From contig JAPEUD010000006.1 in assembly GCA_026026165.1 (NCBI GenBank), positions 124,001 through 188,000 on the forward strand: a stretch of DNA of 64,000 bases. The letters run 5' to 3'. Position numbers and translations under genes: made by a program. Shown one piece after another: positions 37,084 through 50,134 of this stretch. The notes beneath the pieces are model-generated. The model saw only the letters and a program-made list of their open reading frames with translations. It did not search any database and was not told the DNA's origin. Each line of letters opens with the position of its first letter. The first letter of the stretch is position 1. The stretch is from Sarea resinae. Taxonomy: Eukaryota.

Positions 37084-37695
37084 CTTGATCGATGTGTGCA
37101 GGGAGAGAGAGGGGGAGAGAATTGATGAGCGGATGGGCGAAGGTAAAAGTGATGGTGGATGGATCGATTGAACTGAGTGGAGAGTGAAAGGTCGAGAGCG
37201 TCGCGATGATCGAGCTGTCCGGAAGCTGAAAGGCAACTCTTCACGCCTCTGCCGGGCGTTCGGGGAAGAAGTTGGTGTGGAATCGAGGTACCCGATGAGC
37301 TAAGCTATTGCGAAGACTCTCATTGGCCAGTAGCAGGGAGCGTTCGCTATCCGCACATCATGTGACCTCGACCGGCCAAGAAGACTATACGGCGCCCCAT
37401 TTGTTGCCGGAATGCAAAGTGAATGTCCCCGCGGTGTTGATTACGAGGAGCACAGTGAGAGCAAGATGAGGAGCAGGCCTTTCTTGTTTTTCTCCAAGTC
37501 AATGGTCTAGAGACTATTCTCTCCGTCTACAAGGAATGATCCCGAACTTCCTACCGAGCGCCACTCCTTTTTCGTGGTACTCCTCACAACATAGATATGC
37601 GCGTCCAACTCCCGATCCCAGAATGACGCGAATCTCAAAAGGGGAAATATCTCAAAGCATTCTCATTATCGTCATAGCCATTGTCATGAGTGGCT

Positions 37696-38752
37696 TCATT
37701 GCTCTTCTCGTTGTCGTCTCTCAAGCTCTTCGGCAACGCTGTCCCGTTGAACCTCTTCGTATCCTGGTGGCGGCTCGGATGGTGCATTGAATGTCTCGTT
37801 TGGTGAGCCTGTACTCGGTGGTTGCGAAGGTTGCCCTCCATTGGATACTTCTAGGCCCGGGGCTGCTTGACTTAGCCCGTTCTGAGGAACATATAGTGTA
37901 TTTGGATCGCCCATTTCGTAGGCCGGTAATTGCTCAAGGTCCACGGCAGCCATATTGATACCAGCCATTGGGCCTGCACCTCTGCCGCCACCTCGGTCCG
38001 TCCCGTCGCCAGTCATATGGCCGCTTTCTCTCGCGACATCGACTGCCTGCTGCAATCGCTCTTTCATCCTCTCAAACTTCGAGTGGAAGTCGTAAGCCCC
38101 CCCCTCCTTGAAGACCATCTTCAATTCCACAAGAGCATGATGAGCGGGTATGCCGCCACCGGGGACAGGCTCGAACTTAGCACTCCATACATTAGGGCCG
38201 AAGAACGGAGCAGACACGTGAGCATCCTGGAAATTTAATATAGGCGCTGTTAATGATTTGAATTGTGGCGGCTCAGAAGCTTGAAGATAGGCCACCTGTG
38301 GCGTCTCAGAAGCTGGGAGATAGACCACCTGTGGCATAAAACATCAGAAATGGTCTTCCTGACAATCAACGTTACTGACCCTCTGGTTTGTTAGATAGGC
38401 ACGTCCCGCACTAATACGAATGGACAGTGGCTCTTTTCCTGGGTACTTGTTTGATGTCTGGAGCGCCAAAGTTGTGCGAGAAGACGATGTATATAATATT
38501 TGCTCTCCAGGAAGTCGTGTGAAAGCTTCTGACCCCGAGGGCATTACCCAACTATCGCAACGCGCACGTATTCGCTTTAGCATGTTGATCCTCTGAGAGC
38601 AAGCAATTGTGGTGAAAGTCTAAGGAATATCTTTAAAAAATAAGGGAAGTTGCTGCAAGATTATGCAGATAGAGAAAGACAGATGCTTAGATAGACGCAC
38701 AGATCTCATCGAGATCATGTACAATTGGAAATCTCACTCACTTTATGGACAT
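37696..38752 (-). CDS. WW-domain-binding protein 2-like (PH-GRAM domain + PPxY motif); exons 38752-38742, 38551-38380, 38328-37696
   Basis: MSIN|WVM start; GRAYLTNQR|VVYL; APFFGPNVW; FKEGGAYDF; LPAY and PPPGYEE motifs. Confidence 0.85.
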
Positions 38753-39274
38753 GTTGGTAGCGTCGAATGCGAGTGATAGCCCTCACCCTTGAAGCTTCGA
38801 AGAGTAAGGAATTGCGCAAACGCTCGGACGACCACGAGCTCAGGCTGCTGAGGATGACGGTAAGTATGTAGGTAGGTATGTGCGTGGGTAGTGTTCGCAC
38901 TTGCGATGACGGATCGTTCGGGGAACGGGGAAAGAAGGAAATCGTGAAATGCGGAGCGAATGAGCTTCCAAGCCGGATCAGCAGAGCTGCAGGGGACGGG
39001 ATTCCCAGTCAGAAAAGGCGTTGGCGAGGTCGGCAGCCAACAAGGGTCAAGGGGGCGAGAGCTGGAAATGGGGAGATGCAAAGGGTGAGAGAACGCGAGT
39101 AGCAATACGCAATGGTCTTTCCGTGACATACCTTGGCTTCTGGGGCAAAGAGGTAAGATAAGGGATCGGCGGCAAATGTGGAGATGAGATACAGCCGACA
39201 CCCCCTGCTGGTGGCGTGCAGAGGAAAAGGAACGTCGCTGTGATGGCGTATAGGAGGATATCGTTGTCTTTTTG

Positions 39275-39763
39275 ATGGCGATCGGGGAATCTACTGAAGT
39301 AAGACCAGCTGGAGGCCAGGTACTTCATACGTCAGGAGGGTCCGGTCCGACCTGGATATTGCCCGTACGAGGTACCGCCTCGAGCACAGGTGAAACGACC
39401 CGACCTTACTCGACTCCAGTATTTCTCGCGGCCACGGCCAGGACCGCATATAAGATAGATGATGTAGTTACTCTCGCCTCATGGGAAGGAGATACCCACC
39501 TCATACAGCAGCAAGAACAGGCGTTGATATCAAAAGCCCATGGCGAATGCCCAGGGTCGAGGTCGAAGGCGGTCGTCGAAGTCGATCCAGACGCGGGAGA
39601 CGAAGATCTACAAGACGGTGACCTAGTCACGGCCATCACGCAACACATCCGGATCCCATCGCCGAGATTGAGCCACGTCTGCAGCGAGAGAAGAGGCTTC
39701 AATTATCCATTCAGACTCTTTGTAGAGACGGTATATTACAATCATGATCGCACAAAATGCTAG
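39275..39763 (+). CDS. Possible small hypothetical protein
   Basis: 162-codon ORF in an otherwise empty spacer; no motif recognised. Confidence 0.2.
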   Translation: MAIGESTEVRPAGGQVLHTSGGSGPTWILPVRGTASSTGETTRPYSTPVFLAATARTAYKIDDVVTLASWEGDTHLIQQQEQALISKAHGECPGSRSKAVVEVDPDAGDEDLQDGDLVTAITQHIRIPSPRLSHVCSERRGFNYPFRLFVETVYYNHDRTKC

Positions 39764-40141
39764 TCCTGCTCTGCTCTTCATGCGAGCGTCGACAGGAGGC
39801 TCATCCGCATAGAGGCCAGCTTTCCAGTATCGTGAGAATGTTATTAATTATAAGTCTACCGGCATTACTGTCGTGCCGTGACTGATGATAATGCAAAGAA
39901 TATGCACGCGATCTCAAGTACCGCAAAAGACTCGCTTCAACGAAGACTCCAACCATGCAATGAAATAAGATGAACAGCCCTCGACGCAGCTCCATCTACA
40001 TGATGGCTTGATTGAACGACTGAAATCGAATCCGAACTGTAATCCGAACTGTGAGACGAACGAACGAAGACCTAACCCAACGACACCCCCTAAATCAAAG
40101 TCTGATGGACCATCCATCCATGGGGTCCAGCCGCCATAACT

Positions 40142-43112
40142 CTAGGGGCCACTGAAAAACTTGCTCGCCTCCATGATCTTCTCATCTCCATTCGCAAAGT
40201 CCCAACCCACGATCCGCGGATCCTGGGAACAGCAGATGATTCTCCTGCTGTCAAATTGCAGTTTGAAAACCCGGAAATTTGATTGTTGGTTATGAGGGGC
40301 AGGGGTAGGGAAATGTTCGTGCCATGAATGGACATCAGCAGGGGCTGCTTGATGATGAGCATGGACGACAGGATGGGGGTGAGCCTGAGTGGTTTGCTGT
40401 TGATGCTGCGTTTGAGTACCATTTTGACCACCTTGATTCAATGCGACTTGAAAATGGCCCAAAGCAGTGCCGATATTAGCTTGACCAGGTTGATTATTCG
40501 GATGGAGAGCTGCATGCAATCCCGGATACAGAGTATGCGGAACATGCTGGCCAGTCTGCGATGCTAGAACATTGGCTTGGCTACCGGGTTGGCCATGAGG
40601 CGCAGGATGATGAGGATGGCCAGTAGCCACTGCACCCGTAGCACCATTTGGAACTGTACCGGCAACAGGGGCCGTCGCTTGACCGTTGTGCATCAAATTG
40701 TGTTGCTGGTGATTGACTGTGGTAGTGACCACAGGAGCCAATAAGTCTGGATGCCGGGGACCTGCCGCAGCGCGGACAGCATCCTCCTGACGAAGTCTCT
40801 TGCTGATGACCCATTTGCCTTCCTCATTTCGTCGCCAGATTATGACAGTCTCATCGTAGGACCCAGAAACAATCCTGCCCCATCTGCTGCCACCACCGCC
40901 AGGAGGTATCTTGGCACCGATTGTGGTGATATCCCTCGGATTTCTCGATCCCGCATTGCGCGGCTGGCCTTTGCGATTGGTATTCGGTATCACGCCGCGT
41001 TGTCTTGCTCTGAAGAATTCCCGATCGACAGCCTCAGCCTCAGCTCTGAGATCATCTTCATTTCCAGGCAAATCTCCAAAACCAGCTTGAACGGTCCGGA
41101 CTAGGTTGCTGTGGCCTTCTAAAGTTCCAACGTCCCCTCCAGTAACGTGATCGAATATCATCACAGTATTGTCACTGCTACCACTAACAATTCTTCGGCC
41201 ATCAAATTGAACGCAGGCAATTCCTTTTTTGTGGCCAGGAAGAGTTTTCAAGCAATCGCCAGTGTGGATATCCCACACTTTGATGGTTCGATCTCCTGAC
41301 GCAGAAACAATTTGATCCTCGTACACTTGTATAGCATTGACGGCAGCACCATGCCCGTCCAATGTCATTAAAAGACTATACGTGGGTAGAGGCTTATGTT
41401 TCTTGATCAATTGTCCACCTGCGTAAAGGGAAGGTAGAATCTCCATGGAAATGATATAAGGAGGAAATCGATTGGCAGACGCGGTACGCGCTTTCGGATA
41501 GTCTTTGTCCTCAGGATCCAATTCCTTGCGATTCCAGACCTTGATCGTCTTGTCTTTCGAACACGTAACGAGGAAAGTTTTGTCAAACCGAAGATTGAGT
41601 ACCGATTCATTATGCGCGTGCTCCAGCTTTTTGATCATTTCGCCTGTCGAAAACCGCCAAAGAATAACATCAGTATCGCTACTTCCAGATACAATGATGT
41701 CCTCTTCCTTGCTGTCGTCGAATTGAAGGCAGAGAACCGATCCGGTATGTCCCACCAGAGGAGGCTTCATAAGGCGCCGAGTGTCCAAGTCCCAGATGCG
41801 AACTGTCCTATCTCTGCTGCCACTGACTAGGTGCCTTCCAGAATACTGTATGGTGTACACGCATTCACGATGAGCCTCGTAGGCGTGTTCAGGATGTGGA
41901 AGCTGAAAGTTTGTAAACCGCCCAGCATTCCAATTATCTTCTAGTCTCCTTCTTTGCTTGTATAGATAATGCCAATTGATTTTCGGAGTGCTGAATGGGT
42001 ATCGGAGTACGAGAGAAGGCTCAATTATCGCCGGCGAAAGACTTAGTGGTGGGACTGAGGAAGTTGCCTCCTGTTCAGACAGTGTGGGGGATGGATACAT
42101 GTTGTCTTCCTCGGCAGATGTCGATATTTGCGAATTGGGCGATGGCTCGTGTTCAACCAGGCTCCAGCTGCCTATAGATGGGCGTGTGTCGGAGGACGTT
42201 GCCGACTTCTGGTATTCCACATCTTGCATCTCGTCGCTTCTGGCGTCCAATACGGATCCCGCGTTCGCTAAGGTAGAGTAATTATCATCCGCCTCAACTA
42301 TGCCATGCTGTTCATTCCACCCATCAGGCCCTTCGCTGGAACTGGATTGCGGCCTTTCATTTCCGCCGAAGAGGCCTCCTTCACCTGCTCTTCTTCGTTT
42401 GCGCACTGATCCTCTTCGCGGCCGCATTCTTTTGATTTGACCTGGTTGCTCTGCGTCTGCATCTAGCTTTCGCATCCGCTGGCTCACTGTTCGGTCGGGG
42501 TAAGTATACTCTTGTTCGAAGTTATGGACCTGCTGCGTCTCCACCCCCCAGCCTTCAAAACCATAGAGTTGCTTCCATAATCGGGAGTCAAGAGTTCGCT
42601 CCCTCCACGCGCGTGAAGCCATCGATGCCTTGAGCAGGGTTGATGGGTCCAGATACGAGAATATTTCGGACGTAAGCTCCGGAGGTAAACAGCTTACGGG
42701 GTCGAGATGAAGGAGTGGGTCGAGCCTTTCCACGATTGCGGCCACAGAGGATGTACGAAGGGATCTAACAACAGCATATCCAAATTCTACAGAGCCATGC
42801 GTTAGCATTCGATAAGTCCCGAAATACGTGAGTGAATCATCAGGTCAAGTTCATACCCATTCTGTCCGTCTCATTCATTACCAAAATCCAATTCGGCAAG
42901 GTGACTTTTGGTGCTGGTACTCGTCTTGCTGTTTGCTCCGAGTTTGAGTCAGGCCTCATCGCCTCGTCACTTCCATTTTGGCTCCTAGTTTCTTCTGAAT
43001 AGCCCTCATCCAACTTTGAATTCGCCTGCACCGATTCCGGGAAAGACGCAGGATATGATGAATGCGGACTCGGAAAGGATGAAGGAACATCACCCATGAA
43101 TGGGCTTGTCAT
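40142..43112 (-). CDS. FWD1: F-box/WD40 SCF substrate receptor, beta-TrCP/FWD-1-like; exons 43112-42857, 42786-40142
   Basis: F-box LPPELTSEIFSYLD; WD repeats (GHTGSVLCLQFD, HNESVLNLRFD, GHGAAVNAIQ, GHKKGIACVQFD); terminal RVFKLQFDSRRIICCSQD. Confidence 0.88.
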
Positions 43113-44940
43113 TCCGCCCGGCTGTGAATCGCTCTTCTTGACAGACAGCGCTGGTGGAGATCGGCTCGTGCTTGATAAGCGTGCTCGCGGCGTTATGTAC
43201 TGCCTTGATGCAGGCCTCTCCACACCTCTCTATGTTCGGCCACCGCTTGACGATGAGAGTCTATTGCCGACCGGGGAGGTGGGGGGAAGGAGCGGGAGCG
43301 GTAATAAAGGAAGTCAAGACTTCACTCAGCCAGTCACGTCTCGATCTGTAGTACACTCTGGAAAGGGTGCTTGGAAATGGTGAATGGTGAATGCAGCGCT
43401 CGTGTCACTGATCGGTCTAGGGCTAGCTTTTCGAGTAATCGTAATCGTATTCACACGCGCAGATCACGTATGAGTGCGGTGAGATGGAGATGCAAAGGAT
43501 GGAAGACTTGGCGCCCTGTCCTGGTGATGATTGAATGGTCTGGATGGAATGACAACCCCAGAGGGGTACGAAGTAGTTGGTCGGCACGGGTACCGAGTAC
43601 AGGGGACGCATGTGGAAGGAGAGTGGCAGAAGTAAGTAGCCTGTACCAGTATTCATAAGGTACATACAACGTGCATCTACTACTACGGAGTACGTGGTAG
43701 AGTATCGTGCAGGTTAGGTCAGGTAGGTACGGCCGAGTATTCTGGTTGATTTGATCATTGCAGGTGACCCAACTACCTACTTCGAAGGTGGTACCTAATA
43801 TACAGGTAGGTATCTCTTAGGGAGAGACTATTAGCCCGACAGAAATGATTACGGGATGTCTCTTTCTGAAATTCGTTCATTTGCTCCATCTGCTCCATGT
43901 GCTCCATGAAGTACGAATCTGCCCTCCATAGATATCTAGGGTAATAATCGGTAGAATCTCGTGCAAATCTCGTACATGCTACCTAGCAAGCTAGGCAGGT
44001 CGCTTCTTTCTCTGTCTGCGACAAATGTGAAACTGGATGTGGTCCAAATCGGGTGTGGAAGAGTTCCAGCAGATACCTAATGGGAATGGCTTCGGGCCGG
44101 TTCAGCCCAACGATAACTATCCTGGGCTACGGCGGTTAGCTCTGGGGGATACTTGCGGTGAGGTATGAAGTATGGATGTGAGGGTACTTAGCTCTTTAAA
44201 CGGGACAGTGCTATCGCTATCTACCCGTGGGGGCAAAGATGAGTGAGGGATGCTATTGATGAGAGTGATGGATTATGCTCTGCTATGTAGGTAGAGTCAT
44301 ACTCCTACCACAACAAAATTGTCCACTTTACTTCGACTACTGTGCTAAACCGCACTCACCCGTCTGCCCATCTTGTAGGTTATCAATCTTGGCACCTTAC
44401 GGAGACGGGGGGAAGGAAGAAGCGAGGAAGCGAGGAAGCGACGACTTAGAATTCGATATTGGTAAACCGTGACAGCCCGGGTCAAGAATGGCACGGACAA
44501 AGAGATGGCGTTGAGAAGGGCAGAGGGGCGGAGGGGTAGAGGCTCCCTCATCCCTACCTACCTTAGGTTAGCTATCCTCTCAGAAGAGCCCTCTTTACTG
44601 TACTTACCTTACTTATCTTACTGTACGAATACATATAAAAGCTGATATTTTTCAGAAGGTAGTCCGGTACCTTAGGAAATGCCTGAGGTTGGCGGACTCG
44701 GCGCTAAAAGCCTGACCTTAACAGGTCACCTCAAGTCACTCGCCTTCGACTCACACCTCTCGTCCTCGCCCACCTCCAGCTCTCTTGTAAGTTTTCCCTA
44801 TTGATGTATTTCCTCATTATTCTGCAGTTCTAGATCTTTCAAGTCATCTGAGGGGAGCATCTCTCTCTGACTCAGGTATGCGTACTTTCATGATACGCAG
44901 TAGTATCATCAGCCAACAGCACGCAAGGTTTGCCTCCTAT

Positions 44941-45005
44941 CACCACCATCACCATCGCCATCGCCATCGCCATCGCCATCGCCATCACTATCACTATCAC
45001 CACCA
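44941..45005. repeat. (CATCGC/CACCAT/CACTAT)n hexamer repeat upstream of CDC24
   Basis: Read directly from sequence. Confidence 0.85.
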
Positions 45006-45890
45006 GCGCTACTTCATGCTAGCTGTGATCCGCCCTACATGAAGTCTCCTCTGACCCCCGCAGCGCTCGAGTCTCCGCAGCCTCCGCAGCCACGGATTAG
45101 TACTGTATGAGCATAGTGAATGTGAGAGAGGCACATGGGTAGCCGTAGTGTACTGTGTACTTGCAAAGACGGCGAGGCACACGGCTGTCGCCCGCGTGTC
45201 CGTGTATGTGCCGGTACCTTTGTAGATTGACTCCCGGCCTATGTGGAGCCCCTCGGCCCTGAGGTTGCCCCCTTGTTTCAAGAACTCTTCGCGAAGGATA
45301 CGACTACGCGACTTGGCCTTACTCATCCACCCTCACTACCACGCCGGTACAGTAGTGTACCTCACTTGGACCGACAACGCCCGTACTATCGTTGAACTTG
45401 AGACTTCGACCACCACCACCACCACCACCACCACCGCCATCACTACACCACCTGCCAGCCAGCCATCCAGCCTCTCTGTCTCGGTCCACTCGCAGTGGAA
45501 GTGAACTGATCGACTCTGCCGTCCTCTCATTGTTCTGCTTCTGCACGGCACTGTATCTCATCGCACTATACCCTCGATCTGCTGCATCGCTGCAGTCTCC
45601 TGCCTCTTGATTCTTCACCCGCCTATTCCTACTTTCATCCCACTCTCCTATGGGTCCCTCGTTCTTACCGCCAGCGACCGATCTTGCCCTTCCGCATCTA
45701 TCGTGAAAGGGATCTTATACCCCTCCCAGCGGATTATTGCCCCACCTGGTCGGGCATATCAGCCGCTCATCCTACGATCGATAGAGAGTGGCCCAGCATC
45801 CACCTCGGGCTCTTCTTGTACTTGGGCGGTCAACGCCACGTCTCCAGTATCGCGTTGAGATTGTAACTCCGACTGCGACTCACGAGAGAT

Positions 45891-48800
45891 ATGCTCGCCA
45901 TGGACCTGGTGCCGGGGCCTCTGACTCGCACCTTTACTGCACCGTCTGCAGTTCACAATCGAGGGCTGAACCCTCCGCCTCTGGTTTCGTCGCATAGTCA
46001 TGGCGGTCAATTTGAGGTGCATTCACAGTCGTTCTCTGGATCGGCACAGAATAAGTTTCCAGGTGCCGGTGGTCCGGGTGGAGATTTCCCAGTGAATGGT
46101 GGGCCCGTCATGGCCAGTGACAATATCATCAATCAGGTGGCCGACAAAGACAAATCTCTTTTCCAGATCTGTATCAACCTAAGGCAGAGGTTAAGCAAAG
46201 TACCCGGCTTCCAGCAGCACTTGAACGAGATCCTCGAAGAAGACAAGCGGGATGACACAACTGATCCCGTCACCTCTCTCTGGAAGTGTTTTCGGCGCGG
46301 ATATCCACTGTTGACGTTGGCAAATGCCTTGGATATACCGGAACTGCAGCAAGTCGATGAGTCTCGAGTCGCCGAAGCGAAAAGAGGCAAGGCTGCTACT
46401 TTCAAATTTCTTCAGGTCTGTCTGAAAGATATGAAATTCCCGCCGGGAGAGTGCTTTCTGATCACGGATCTCTACGGCGATGATACGACTGGTTTTGTCA
46501 AGGTAGGATCGTCCACGACCCATCTCATGCTGATCAGGAGGCTCACCTTTTGCTGCAGGTGACCAAAGTTGTCAACCGAGTTCTCAATATTATTCTGGGT
46601 GAAGATGTATCTGCCGAGTCGGACAACAAGGCAGTCGGAGGTGAGGCAAAGGAACGTACGCACATGGATTGGGTTGTGGATGAATTAGTCACGACCGAGC
46701 GAACGTACGTTCAACACCTCGAAGTTCTTCAACAATTCAAGAAGCAGGTCGAGGAAGGTGGTGTCACGACGGGAGACGCTATTCATGACATTTTTCTCAA
46801 TCTCAACGCGCTCCTTGACTTCCAACGCCGATTCCTCATTCGAGTCGAAACTATGAATGCGCTGCCAAAGGAGCAGCAGAACTGGGGTAGATTATTCACT
46901 ATGTATCAGGATTCGTTTCAGGTCTATGAGCCATACATTGCCAATCAAAAACGATGCGAGGAGACGGCCATGCGCGAATTCGACAAGTTAAGAGATGCTG
47001 GAGGTCCCCCGGAGCTGCGACAGATAGTGGATTCCCCAACTGTTCTCACTGGCTTTTTGTTGAAGCCTTTCCAGCGTCTCGCCAAATATCCATTACTTCT
47101 CAAGGTAAAGCCATGCGAGAGCATCTGTGCGCGCCTGATGCCCTCTCAGATCATATCTCTGACCATACATAGGAACTTCGGGACAAGTGCGATTTGGATA
47201 AGGAGCTGCAGGCGGACTTAACGGCCGGCATGGAAGCCGCGTCTGCTGTCTTGGAACGAACCAACGCGGCGATCGATCGTGAAGCACGTGCTGCGGCCGT
47301 ATCCGACCTCTCAGGTCGCGTGGAAGATTGGAAAGGTCACAAGATTGAGCAATTTGGAGATCTTTTGCTATATGGTACCTTCACGGTCCTAAAGGGTGAC
47401 GGCGCAAAGGACATTGAACGCGAGGTTCGTATTTTCTTCAATGGATTTGATCCTGATAGTCGCAACTTTCTTCGTAAAGGGTCTCGCCCAACTGCACAGA
47501 TGATGATTCCGGTCTCTTCTGTGTTCAAGGATGCTCTCAGCATCACCACACAGCGAGATAGGTCTGATACATCTTCACCGCAATCTCCTACCTTAAAGCT
47601 CGAGGCGAGAACAGAATACAGACCAAAGGCGTGGGTGAAAACCCGGCGAGGCTCGGCAGAGACATCTTCCAGTCCGCTCAGCCGATACTGCTCTCGTCCT
47701 CCTGCTTCTCCTACATCTTCCACTTCTCCTTCATCTCCTATATCTCTTGCAGCTCATGCAGCTCCTACACCCTCTATAACTCCTAAAAATCTGGTGACTG
47801 TCTCACCGCCATCTTCGCGCGGTCGGCTGCCAAGTCTTGAGAATTCTACCAGACAAGTCAGAAATATGGCTTCGGTCCCTATTTCTAATGAAGAGGGGCT
47901 ACCAAGCACCTCTGAAGAATCCTCCCTGTTCAAGAAAACCCTGAAAAAGTTTTCTAGTACTATTTCTCTTCGGGAAAGGTCTGCACAATCTGCGCAAGCA
48001 CGTTCCCCCAACACATTGTCAATGTCACGGAGTGCGGCCAAGTCAACAGACACCCCTCCAACTCCCTTCAGTCCTAGTGAAGACTTTGGTAGTGCTAGCT
48101 CTTCGGATCCTTCTTGGACCGAGAGTCTCATGTATGGCATTGCAAGTCGGAAGGAACGAGCATCGACTAAGTCGAGTGCTTTCACAGCCTCGACACAACT
48201 GCTCACTGGGGGATCTTGTGACAACAAACGTTTCCCCCTCAGCAAATTTCCGGGGGAAAGTCTTGAATTGATGCACATCACCGAGCGCGCTTTTGATTCT
48301 GAGACGTCTCGTGTAACGAAAGGTGTAGCTAACGAGTCGAGGATTAATTCTTCGATTTATCTACAGTACAAAGTCTACCTATTCGAACGCATCCTTCTCT
48401 GCTGCAAAGAGATGAACCCGAACAAACAGAAGAATAAGATCATGAGCTCGACTCGACCCTTAGTCGATAAGAGGGGGAAACCGAGGCTCCAGTTGAAGGG
48501 CAGGATCTTTATGCAAAATGTAACGGAAACTGTCTTCCTCCACAGACCTGGTAAGTCTCATTCTAGGCTTATTCGTGCCCATTGCATCCGTCTCCATCCA
48601 TCAGCACTAACGCATTCTCCGACAAGGCTCATACACGGTACAAATATACTGGAAAGGTGACCCAGGGGTCGAAAACTTTGTCATCAAGTTTGCCAACGAG
48701 GAAACTATGAGGAAATGGGCAAAGCAAGTTGATCTGCAGCGTCAGCTTTACAGTGATTCGGCAAAGGCCTCTGGAGCCAAGCATTCGGGCACTTCTGAAA

Positions 48801-50134
48801 CCGAATTTACTTACATGAGAAGCCAGAGTGCAAATATCCAGAACCCCTATCAAGAAGACGACCTCGACGAAGACGAGCCAGAGCCCCCAGTGAATGAGAA
48901 TGCCAATATGCCGTATGATATGGCAGGCTATTCATCAAATTCGGACTTTTCCGCCAGTAGAAACGCTTCCAGCACGAGTTTACGGTCCAGATCTACCACT
49001 GGAGACAGTGGTCCACCGATGGGACAAGGCCAATTTCGCGTGCCTCCTCCCAGATTTCCCATGAATACATTTGCGGGAGCGAATCTTAGCTTGCACACTC
49101 AGCTGCCCGGCAATGCTCCGTCGCCGGGTGAGCGCGGAGGGAACTCTTACTTCTCTCCCACGGTTGACTCTCCTTTATCAACGCGTACAAGTGGATCATC
49201 CGGCATGTATCCTTTCCCCCGACAGGCGACTCCAAGCAATGGTTGGCCAGGAGGAGATGAGCAAAATCGCTTCACTGCTCCTGCCATGGGACGTACAGTA
49301 TCACGCGAGGGTCAGCCTGGTGCCAACGGACGTTCAGCTCAGCGTCCATCGCTTCCTGCCATGACGGCATCACAAAATGGTCATCAGGTGTCTATGTCTC
49401 AGAGTCGACTAAGATCAGCGAGCAGCCCCGATATCCACAACCCAATGGGCCCAGGCGGTCGTCGTTTGGCAAATGGCCACGGACACCAACCCCCTGTGCC
49501 AGATGTGCCCGTGCCTCCTTTCCCTCCTCATATGGCCCATATGATGTACCCCATCAATCGAAGCCAGACCAATTCTCCTAGTAACGGCCAAAATGGTATC
49601 CCTATCCGTTCAGCTACACAATCTCCAAACCTTATGAGGGAGCAGCAGGCCCACCCACACGTCAATCACCACCCGGGGCTTCAATACTCTTATGATCAGC
49701 AATCACGCATGGACCCCCGCCAAGTGTCGCAGAACACCACGCCTATACCTCTTTCTGGCGCGGAACATCAGATGATGTCTCCACCCACTCTAGCAATGTC
49801 GAATGCCGAAGAACCCATTCCTCCTACGCAATTGAAAGTCAAAGTTTCATACGAAGATTGCTACGTCACTCTTGTTGTGGGAATGAGCATCAGCTACCAG
49901 TCTTTAGCTGATCGTATAGACGCCAAATTGTCCCGCTTTACAAAGTCATCTATTGGTCGGAATATGATCTCGTTACGTTACGTGGACGAGGATGGCGACT
50001 ATGTCACGATCCAGAGGGACGAGGATGTGCAGACTGCCTTTCAAGACTGGAGGGAACAGAACAAGTACAAACTCGTATCAGGGCAACTTGGAGAAATCCA
50101 CATGGTGTGCCAGCCCATTGTCGCCTCTGCCTAA
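45891..50134 (+). CDS. CDC24: Rho-family GEF Cdc24/Scd1 (CH-DH-PH-PB1); exons 45891-46502, 46559-47104, 47173-47424, 48367-48550, 48627-50134
   Basis: CH-like FLITDLYGDDTTGFVK; DH ELVTTERTYV..LLKPFQRLAKYPLLL; PH FGDLLLYG..ERE|YKVYLFERILLCCKE..LQLKGRIF; PB1 LRYVDEDGDYVTI. Confidence 0.95.

Noticed and set aside
43113..43223. GTG-initiated N-terminal extension of FWD1
   Set aside because: Only 37 codons, bounded by an upstream TAG; no support for non-AUG initiation from sequence alone.
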